In this document: positions 38,213 through 49,900 of the stretch, one piece after another
Layout: every line of letters starts with the position of its first letter
How positions within the stretch are numbered: position 1 is the stretch's first letter
From: Tubiluchus corallicola
Taxonomy: Eukaryota; Animalia; Priapulida
Assembly: GCA_030141605.1 (NCBI GenBank)
Contig: JAQGDQ010000199.1
Span: forward strand, 124,001-188,000
DNA length: 64,000 bases
Reading direction: 5' to 3'
Translations under genes and position numbers: made by a program
The notes under the pieces: generated by a model
Seen by the model: only the letters and a program-made list of their open reading frames with translations
Database searches by the model: none
What the model was told of the DNA's origin: nothing

Positions 38213-41200
38213 GTAATATAATAAGTGTATGCCTGGACCTATTCCTGCTTGTTAATGTAAATGAACGGAGGCAGTTGCAGTTATACCAGGTGGTTTTGGG
38301 CAATTGCGTCGATTGCATTTACAACAAAAACAAGGAAACTGATGAACAGTGTGTGATAATCCTCGAGAATCACCTAAAATGTATCATCTGCACCCAAGAA
38401 ACTTTAGGATTCATCACATTTACTATTTTCATTTGTTATTTTCTAAATCTGTAAATGTAATGCCAAAAAGAATTTGTAGATGTACTGATCCCAAAATTGG
38501 CCTTGTTATTTCTGTGGTCTACCTGTAATTAAAATTTTATTCACTTACTTTGTCAAGAAAATTTTGCTTAATGCAATGCAATTTTTTCGTCATGATGTGC
38601 TTCTGTTTGTTTACAGTGTCATTGCTATGTGCATGTGCACTGTGCAAGTATGTGCTTGTTTGCTGGTTTTGTGTGCATATTGTAAAGCTTGTTGTTACTT
38701 ACTGAATCTTACATTTTATCCAAAATCAGCCTATTGCTTTTGTAAACCAGTGTTTGCAATTAGACCAGTACAGGTCGGTCTCAACATCTCACCGGGATTA
38801 CACTTTCTTAAACGTCTCGGTCTTGGTATTCTATCTCCTCGAGAACGTAGGCAAATTTACAAAATTTACTTTTTATTGTCATTTCACAAGTTGTTGTCTG
38901 CTTCGTAATTGTAATAAACTGTAATTAGTATTTTTCCAAAACTGTTTTGTTGAATGTTTGTTTTAGTTGTTGTTTCAGCTATTATATTTAATTGCAGCAA
39001 TGGACTTATTGCTGATATTGGTACTGATGATGACATTAAGAGAAGTTTTGCTCGTACGGAATTTCAACATACCATTGATGCAAGTGGGAAGTGTATATTT
39101 CCTGGTTAGTTGATAAGGCCATATATATTTTCATACATACAATACTACGGCCAAATCACGTTGAAAACACCGGTTCACGTCTGATCACTGAAGATAAGCA
39201 ACATAGACCCTGGTTAGTACTTGGATGGGTGATCGCCTAGGAATACCAGGTGCTGTAGGTTTGCGGGATGCCCACACTGTATCTCGACACTAGGCAGAGG
39301 AGCTGCCAACGGCTAGAGGGCGGAGGAGGTCAAGTGACCCAATGGCCATGTGTAGGGGAGTAAACCTTCCAAATCAGGAGTGGAGCCCCGAAGGCAGACC
39401 AGTGCAGCATGCACACTGACTCCGGCAGCTCCTGCAGCCAACCTGGCGCCAAACATATCGCTCTTTGTATGGAACTTTGTATGGAACTTTGTATGGAACT
39501 TTGAAATTCTTTTCCTACCAATTTAAACCTTTAGTACCAAAAATCTACTGTTGCATCCAAACCTACAATCCCAGCATGCATCAGTAACTACTGCAGAATA
39601 ATAATGATTATTAAGCTTACTGATAAATTAGTGTAATCTATTTTGTGCTATATCAATGATTTCAAATATTTTCTAACAGTTTTCACCTACCCATACTTTT
39701 TCAAAACATAGATGTATTAACCGGAATTGCTTTCGTCTTTAATAGATAGCTAATTATTAATGCAGGAGTTTAAATTTTCAAGCTTTCAAAGTGCTAGTCA
39801 CTTACAGTAAGATTACATTTACGCAATGTAAAATTTCGTTTTTTAATGAAAAGTTTTGTCTTGCTCTGCAACACTCATTTTGCTTTGTCGCTTTGATTAG
39901 TGAATGAACAATTTGGTTTGTTTTCCATAGGTCTCATTGATTCCCATACACATCCCGTGTGGGCAGGTGATCGTGTACACGAGTTTAAAATGAAGGTAAT
40001 CTTTTACTAGTCAAACTAAATTTCTTTTTGGATTTGAATTTTTTTAGATCCATTTTTAGTCATTCAGATAGAGCGTTTGACAACATTTGACAATTTTTCT
40101 GCTCCTTTTCACATTTTTACTCTGGACGTTCCTTGACGTATGACAGCTGCTTTCCCTAATCACTTGTTATAACAAGAATGTCCACAGGTACCTCTATCAT
40201 TGCAAAAATTTTTTTTTAAGCCTTATTCATATTTTAGTATTGCTTATTAATCCAATTTTTCCCTAGGGCTGCTTATCTGAGGAGTTCTTTACTTGAAAAT
40301 TTTCCCTCTACTACAACTTCATCTAGCTTCATCTTTTTCTTATAGCTTCCTTCCTTGAGTGGTCATCGGTCTTGTTTATGACGATTTGTACAAAGAATTT
40401 TGTTTTCAATAATTCTGCTGCACGGCACACATTGAGCCAACTCAGAACTGCAAGGAAAGTAGTATGATTGCTTTGTTTTTAGCTAGCTGGAGCGAGTTAC
40501 ATGGAAATCCACGCCGCCGGTGGTGGAATCGGATTCACTGTTGAGCACACTCGGCGAGCCACTGAAGCGGAACTCTACGAAAGCTTGTGTGAACGATTAT
40601 GGCGAATGATAAAGTGTGGTGAGCTTGAGCGCAGTTTTTATATACAAAATAAATGTTTTTTGTTTATGAAATATATTTGTTCAAGCAAAAGTTTACCTTA
40701 AACACCAGGTAAATTACAGGGAATAAAATTCTCCTGTCTTAAGCAGGTGAATTTTAAACTATGTCACAAAAAATTCTCTATGTGGTTATATCCGTTAGCA
40801 CTACACTTCCCCCCGTTTGAAAGACTTATGTAATTGGGAAAGACAAGAAGAGAAATGATAAAATGTCACTAACTCACTCTCCCACCCTGCACAAAAAATG
40901 CCATTGTTTCACAAAAACAAATATTAATCTTCTTTGTGGTAATTTTTATGAATAAGTTTTTTTACTTTCTCGGCGAGCTGCAACATACAAGGATACTTGA
41001 GCTCTACCCTCAAAATTCTTAAATTCATTTTCAACAATTTAATGCTTAGTGGCACTTTCAAACTAGTGATTTTTCTGTCGTAAGTTTTCTCTCTGACAAC
41101 AAACTTGCAAGTGTGAACTGTTCAAATTGCAGATTTTCCGGTAGTCTGTAGCTGCGAGTTGATTTACTGTCTAGTGTGAATGTCTCGGCAAATCACTCTC

Positions 41201-43721
41201 GACACATCGCGCAACGAAAAAAGAGTCGATTGTCAGCTCATGCTTACAGTCGGAGGGTAACTTGCAGACAAGAAGTTTTGCTGTCTAGTCTGAGTACGCT
41301 TACAAGTTACTTGGCAAGAAAACTCACTAGTTTCGTCCCACCGTAATTGCAGTTAGTTGAAATTAACAATCAAAGTTGTATGAACACATTTCAGGAACGA
41401 CGTTAGTGGAATGTAAGAGCGGGTATGGCTTAGATGCTGAAACGGAGGTGAAACTATTGCGCGTGATCGAAAGTGCAAAGCGGACGGTGCCCATCGGAAT
41501 CTCTAGTACATTTTGTGGTGCTCATTCGGTTCCTCGGTATTACTGCATAGATAATTAATTTGTGTTTTAGTTAGCTAATAACTAGTGTTATGAGAAACTG
41601 TTAAAAACTATACATGCAATGATGCTAAAAAGGCACCGCAATATACAGTCAACCCTCGTTAAATCGGACTAATTGGGGGGGGGGGGGGTCTGGTTTAGCC
41701 GATTGTCCGATTTATCCGATATGCCTATATATGGTCTATATTATACAGGAATAATCACCTTAATAAGGCCTATATACATTGCACTATATACTGTGCACTG
41801 TATACTGTACTGTATATTACTTTAAAATAGTTAACCTGTGAGGATAAAGAAATTATTGTACAGTTGGTAGGCCGTGTTGTGTTTAGCGCTCGGGCTCGGA
41901 CGGAAATCGGTCAGTTTCCTTTACCACGGATGACGTCCGCCTTATTGGATATCCGGGCTAACGGGGTCCGGTTTAACGAGGGTCGACTGTACACATTAAC
42001 TAGAAAAGAAAAACAAAACTATGCATGTCATCCCTAATGATTATTATGAACCACTAGCTGATTCCATCGTACCTAAATTTTATTACAGGCCTTTGCACTT
42101 TCATAAGCTATCAAATTTGCAGAAAACGTTTTTTCAACATTGTTCTTTACACTAAAATGTCCATTATTCCTAATTGCAGTTGTGTGCAGATCATGCCTAA
42201 TATCTTGATAAGTTCATACTCGGTTAACACATGCAACTCAGACTCAATACTGTTACTCTTACAAAACAAGCACAGTCTCTGGTCTTCGAGTAAGCCTTTG
42301 ACATATGTACAAGACGTGGTGACGGAGTTCATTGTTATCATTTTAGGGGTAAAACTGCCGACCAAGCCACTGATGATGTCATCAACGTACAGTTGCCTCA
42401 GGTCAAACAATTGATGGATGATGACGAAATCCATGTAGATAATATTGACGTGTTCTGTGAAAAGGTTTGCTTAATTTTATCTAATGAAATAGTGTTTCAG
42501 TACTTCTCTTCTGTGGTATTTTTATCACTGTTTTAATAGAAAATACTCTCTGATTGACTCTTGGTTTGCTCTGAGTATTTGTTTTGATGTTGCAGATCTC
42601 ACATTTTTACTCTGGACATACATATGTGTGTATATATAAGTTGTCGCTTATTGTACCGAGTACGCGATTGTGGTATTATGTGATCCATTTAATTGTCAGT
42701 CTACTACACTACAGTACTGATTTAGTCTATGCTGCCATCTACAGTCTTTGTTTTACTCTAATTGTACAAAGTTTGTCAGAGATTGATTTTTGTTTCTAAA
42801 TATTGTTTTCTTTTGCTTTTATAGATAGTCATTAATCAGAGTAATTTAGGTTGTTAATTTCATGCTTTAATTCTTGTTATAACTCTCTTATTCAAGTTTA
42901 GATAGAGAAAAATTATAACATGATAACACAGCTTTCTGTAATCCAATAATCTTTATTTTGTTATCAAAGAAGCCAAGTAGACTTTGATTTTGGTTTAACT
43001 AGTAGTCTGTAGAGTATAGGTGACCTTTCCATTTATGGTCTGTATGCATGAATTTAATGTACCTTCCAATAGAAACTTGTATGTCTGGTCATGTGATTAG
43101 AGCTTTATTCTCTCAGGCATGCAAGTTTCAGTTGATCAAAAGACAGCAATGTTAAAGGTTATGTTTTGAGTGCTAGGTTTTCTCAATAAGTTGTTTGTTG
43201 CTTTTATGCCACTGTGTGTGTAGAGAATTTTTATGGCAATGAAACAAGTTATACAGTTATTCTACATTCCACCGGTCATCTGTGAACATTGTATACGTTT
43301 TACAATAAAAATGATTGCAAATTTCTACATAAGTGAGGCTGGTCGATAGACCAAACTCAAAACTGAATTGGAACACAGAATATGAATTTCACTTTAGTAT
43401 GCAATGCAATGATTATTGTCAAGAAAGGAATGTGTTCTTAAGCCAAATATCAGGTAGTTTCCCAGAATTCCCACCCACGTGTGATATCGAAGAGGTGGGA
43501 ATAAATTCTGCTAAGAATTAATGTACTCAACCAGCACTATGACATGTAGACGTGTTTGTTAACTTTTGTATTTTCTTTTCTTTTTATCAACTACGCTTAA
43601 AAAGAGCCCTGTATTTGTACGATGTGTGTTACTGTATACGTTGTTTATTTAAGTGTGATTTGTTAACTGTACTTGTGTTTGTGTTTCTGTTTATGAAATA
43701 GAAATAAAGTGTTTGTTATTA

Positions 43722-43798
<77 letters not shown>

Positions 43799-43932
43799 GG
43801 TGTGTGCGTGTGTGATATACACACACACACACACATATATATATACACATACACACTTACACATATGTAATATATATATATATACACAAACGCGCACACA
43901 CACACACACACATATATTAATATATATATGTG

Positions 43933-43969
<37 letters not shown>

Positions 43970-46900
43970 TTATATATATCTATGTGATATATTATATGTA
44001 TATATGTCCATCGGACTTGCTAATTGTGGAATCCTTTACTGTTGCTTGTCATATCTTTTACTCTGAACATTACTAGTTGCTGAACAACTATTTAAAAATC
44101 TAGTCTTTTTGACTTCAGCCTCTTAATTGTAGAATTATTTACAAAAAAATGTTTACTTGATAGCCAAAATATCACTTACTTCACAAAGAGCATTCATTAT
44201 ATGAATTCTGTCATTAGGAAATTAGTTAAATTCATATTTTTCTATACTATCTGTATTGAAAATTTCCGCTTTTCTGAAGTAAAACAGTAAAAAGTCTGTG
44301 TGACGTGTGTGACGTAACTCCGTATTTGAAAAGTTCAATGTTGTGTAAGGGAAGTTGACTAAATTACCTGACAAATAGCACGATTAACAACCAAAGTCGA
44401 CCAGCGCCGAATCTGGTCTGTAAATGAATGGGTGACTGCTGTAGTAGTGATATAACAGAAACGGTTGTACTGGACCTACCTAGATGCAAGAAACTTTCTT
44501 GTACTAGCATTTTTTTCTTGACATCTTACCTGTGGAATTCTCTACCTGAAAATTGAAAATTCAACCTTATAGGAAGAACATCTTCAACTGATACCTTCTG
44601 TCACTATCAAATTAGTAAATATGAAGTCTATTTTTTCTAGAATGTATTACATGTGCTCGCAGAATGTAACTGTACTAACAGATCAATGTGTTAGACATTA
44701 TTGTCTCAGGGTCTGGGGATTCGCCGGTGCATTTCGACATCTGATCATAGCTGAAATGTTGTACATTTCTTTTCACCTGTATTTCACGATGCACCTCCCC
44801 TTAATAATCGCAGTAAGCCTTTTCACAATTTCATTGTGCGCATGCGCAGGTGCTGTAGGTCAAAGGTAAAGCATACCGCAGCAACGCGACTCAACTTCAA
44901 CCGCCACTTGATGTGTATGTAAAGCAAAGCCGTCTGTCGCATCAGTTCGGCAACTAGAATGTGTTTTACTGAATAATGGTGCACTTTGCATTCTTATGCT
45001 GCCATGAGTTTTTACAGGGTGTTTTCAACGTGGAGCAAAGCAGGCGGATACTTGAAGCAGGAAAAGCTGCCGGATTACAGCTGAATTTCCACGGAGAGGA
45101 GATGAACCAGCTAAATTCTGCTGAGGTTAGTTTAACAGTCCCGCATTGGTTCTTTGTAAGAGAAGGTGCAGTTTGTCGTTTGTCCATTTGTTTTTTCGGA
45201 AAGTTTTAGAAAATTTTAGAAAAACAGGATGATTGATCATATCCTACTCGATTTTCAAGTATGGTATAAAGTATGCAATTGTTAAAACACCTATAACAGT
45301 GCCTATGTGAAAAGCTTGCTACCAATAGCAGCCAGTCAGAAAATCAATAATAGCAGCCAGTCAGAAAATCAATAATCTACTAAGAGCAACGTTCTACCAA
45401 AAGCAGCCAAACAAGAAAATCAATAATCTACTAAGAGCAACTTTCTACCAATAGCAGCCAGTCAGAAAATCAATAATCTACTAACAGCAACTTTCTACCA
45501 ATAGCAGCCAAACAAGAAAATCAATAATCTACTAAGAGCAATTTTCTACCAATAGTAGCCAATCAGAAAATCAATAATCTACTGAGAGCAATTTTCTACC
45601 AATAGCAGCCAAACAAGAAAATCAATAATCTACTAAGAGCAACTTTCTACCAATAGCAGCCAGTCAGAAAATCAATAATCTACTAAGAGCAACTTTCTAC
45701 CAATAGCAGCCAATCAGAAAATCAATAATCTACTAAGAGCAACTTTCTACCAATAGCAGCCAAACAAGAAAATCAATAATCTACTAAGAGCAACTTTCTA
45801 CCAGTAGCAGCCAAACAAGAAAATCAATAATCTACTAAGAGCAACTTTCTACCAGTAGCAGCCAATCAGAAAATCAATAACCTACTAACAGCAACTTTCT
45901 ACCAAAAGCAGCCAAACAAGAAAATCAATAATCTACTAAGAGCAACTTTCTACCAAAAGCAGCCAAACAAGAAAATCAATAATCTACTAAGAGCAACTTT
46001 AACTTTCGGACTAGTGAGTTTTCACACTAGACAGTTTGACGGATGACAGGGAGTGGCCTGTTTGATAATTTAGTTCCTTACTGTCATCCATGGCACACCG
46101 TGATAGGCACAACCTTTCTATTGATCATGGCTATATAATTTTACTGTTTGCATCTACTCATGTATAAAATGTATACATTCATTTTTCTGCCTAATTAATA
46201 ACAAATAAATAAATCAACTCATAGCAACCGCAGGAGAATTTGCAACTTCTAGCTGGCAGTAACTCACAAAGCATTCACCCTATGCTCTCAGAGAGAAAAC
46301 TTGCTAGTCTGAACGGCACCGTAAGACACTAAAACGTTTTCTGCAATTTGTAATTTTTTTTTAACTTCCTGATGCTTAATTTTTAGATGGGTGCAGAGCT
46401 CGGTGCCCATGCTATTAGTCATTTAGAAGAGATAAGTGATGCTGGTATACAAGCTATGGCAAAATCGGGAACGGTAGCCGTCGTTTTGCCAACCACTGCA
46501 CACATACTCCACCTGAAACCGCCACCTGTCAGGTAACAAGCCTCTATTTTTAGCATATTACAACCCTAAAATGCTTTCCTTGCCACCTAAACTATCAACC
46601 TAAAACAATGGCTATAATTAAAATTACAAAATTTAATTTGTTTATAAATACAACAGTGCAGGCTGTAAACTTTCTTTTGGGGAACTTAGATTTAATACTG
46701 CTATATTTTTTGCAAACTGGTGAACATGGTTAGGGGAGTAGTAACTTTGTGTGCTTAGCCACCAAAGCTAAGCAATGCTAAACTTAGACGGTGAATGGAC
46801 GGGCGACTGCTTTGTTCAGTACTCACGCAGTTTTGGTCTGTGTGTCCTAGGGTAATAAACTCATTGAAGGAGCATGTGTGCACATTCATACATAGCTAAA

Positions 46901-49900
46901 ATACCTTTGCCAGTTTTATGTCTCGTCTTAGAGAATCGTCATTCGTGAAATGGTTTCCCATCTTGCCACAAACATCTACTATGATCAAGCCCTGCCAACA
47001 AATGCTAAATTTCAGCTTGTAAAGTGTGAAATTGTTAGTAAAAGAAAGATTATAGACGGAATAATTGAATTTATAATAAAAAATAATAAAAAAGACTTGT
47101 GATTTACTAATAAGTAAATATTTTAAAACCCATTGTGGACTGTCTCGTGTTTTATGTTCATTCGCCGGTTGCAGGTTCATCATCATCATCTTAGGTGCTT
47201 CCATTCTGCATCATAGCACTACTCACAAATTGATGCCATGTTTTCCGATCTGCTACCACACACCAAATATTCACGTCATTTAGCCCAAGTGGAGTTATTT
47301 AATAAATCTTTCTACAGAACATCTAAATATGTGATCAACTGTCCTCCTTTTGGTAATAATGCCTGATGTAATGCTGTAATAAGTGGAGAATCCTGTGGTA
47401 GTCTGGTGACATGTCCAATCCAGCTGTCCTCCTCTTGGTCTCCTCCCAGGTATTAGTGCTTGATGTAATGCTGTAATAAGTGGAGAATCCTGTGGTAATG
47501 TGGTGACATGTCCAATCCTTCTAAGCTGACTATTTTGTATGACCTCACTCCATTCCTCCTTTGTTAAATCATATAGATGCTGATTTGTTCTTTGTTAAAT
47601 CATATAGACCCTGATTTGTTCTTTGTTAAATCATATAGATCCCGATTTGTTCTTTGTTAAATCATATAGATCCTGATTTGTTCTTTGTTAAATCATATAG
47701 ATCCTGATTTCTTCTTTGTTAAATCATATAGATCCTGATTTGTTCTTTGTTAAATCATATAGATCCTGATGTCTTCTTTGTTAAATCGTATAGATCCTGA
47801 TTTGTTCTTTGTTAAATCATATAGATCCTTCATTTGTTCTTTGTTAAATCATATAGATCCTGATTTGTTCTTTGTTAAATCATATAGATCCCAATTTGTT
47901 CTTTGTTAAATTGTATAGATCCTGATTTGTTCTTTGTTAAATCGTATAGATCCTGATTTGTTCTTTGTTAAATCGTATAGATCCTGATTTGTTCTTTGTT
48001 AAATCGTATAGATCCTGATTTGTTCTTTGTTAAATCGTATAGATCCTGATTTGTTTTTTGTTAAATCATATAGATCCCGATTTGTTCTTTTTTTTAAATC
48101 ATATAGATCCTGATGTCTTCTTTGTTAAATCGTATAGATCCTGATTTGTTCTTTGTTAAATCATATAGATCCTGATTTGTTCTTTGTTAAATCATATAGA
48201 TCCTGATTTGTTCTTTGTTAAAACACATAGATCTTGGTTTGTTCTTTGTTAAATCATATAGATCTTGATTTGTTCTCTGTTAAATCATATAGATCTTGAT
48301 TTGTTCTCTGTTAAATCATATAGATCCTGATTTGAATTTTTGTTTGGCCATTTTGTACCCAGCATCTTTCTGTACAGACGTCATTGATTTCATTCTTCTG
48401 GGCAACTCTAACTGTCCACAATTCAGAATTAACAAGAATAGAGATTCTACACGTGATGACAAAATATGCAGTTTTGTCACTATGGTAAGATTCGGATTTT
48501 CAAAAATGTTTGTCAGCTTGGACTAACCAGCCAAAGGTAATATTTTTCTGTGTGGTATGTCAGTTTCAGTGGGTAGTAAACTACCAAGGTATTCGCAATT
48601 CTTCCAAGACATCCCCTGAAATTTCCACATTTCTGTGTATCATGTATTGCATTGTATTGTAGTGTCATGTATTGTGTACTGTTCTGTTTTGGTGTCATTT
48701 GTCTTTAGATAAAGTTTCTTACATGGCTGGTTGCATCTTGTTTTGCAGCCTAAATTTCACTTATGCTAGTTGCTTCTTTAGTGTAAACAGTACCAATATA
48801 TAACACTCTTCAAATTGCAGTTTTTGAACAACCCAAGCAAAACACAGAAACATACCTTTGCAATGACCAATATTGCTACTATTGCAGAAACTTTAATGAC
48901 TATTACTGAAGTAAATAAATAAATAAATAATAAATTAACTTATGTAAACATATAAAGTATTTAATAAATTGTTTGAAATATAGTAAACCAACTACTGTTA
49001 ATGCGACGAGAGCAGTTTTTATAGGTATTAATCAAAGAACCATTACACTGTTTTATGTGAAGACGCTTTTTTTATAGCGAATTATTTCTTCCTTAAATCA
49101 TGAGAATGAGATGGCTCTTGAAACTACTGATCGATCAAGACCAATAGGTCTTGATGAATCTGAGGTTCTCCAGATTTATGCTTGTGTGTCTCTTATTCCT
49201 TCATTCTGTAATATAAGAACATTTTTTCTCCGAATATAAGATTTTTCATAGTAGTTTCGTACACACTACCTGTCTTTTATCAAGTAAAATAGATTTTAAG
49301 TAATTGGCATCACAATATTTGCATGCTTGCATAGCAAAATCATCCATAAATCTGTATTAAACTTTTCTAGTTATTGACATATCTCGCATCTCCATTTCAT
49401 GAGGATCATTTTGATACTAAACTCATTGCCCTTTGTTATTTCAAAGCTGAGATAATGTTGAAGTTTAGCTGCACGCTCCGCACTGAAAAACATAACCTTG
49501 AGAAAATCACTGTTAAAGTTAGCTGTTGTCTTCTTTGAGTCCAATATATTTATCGTTTATTTTTATAAAGAAACAAAAAAATTGGCATTTCATCAAATGT
49601 TTGAAGCATCATAACATAGTTTTAACTATGCCAACTTTGGTTTTTGGTTTGCAAGCACACATTTTGTGATAAGACATCAACATACTGTCTACAAAACGAT
49701 GAAATATTTGGGTACCATAATGATTATGTTTCAGGCAGATGATAAATGCTGGTGTGGCCGTTGCTCTGGGCACTGATTTCAATCCTAATGCTTTCTGCTT
49801 ATCCATGGTAAGTTTGTTTTTCAAAAAATCAATACATTTTTACGCTTACCGACCTTTGACCTATAAAGCCAAACCTGGACCCAATCAGAACTGTGTCAAA

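Noticed and set aside
49120-49165. Hairpin ATCAAGACC-AATA-GGTCTTGAT preceded by CTGATCGA as a hammerhead
   Set aside because: Core spacing and the GAAA are not canonical; it is an isolated 9-bp hairpin.
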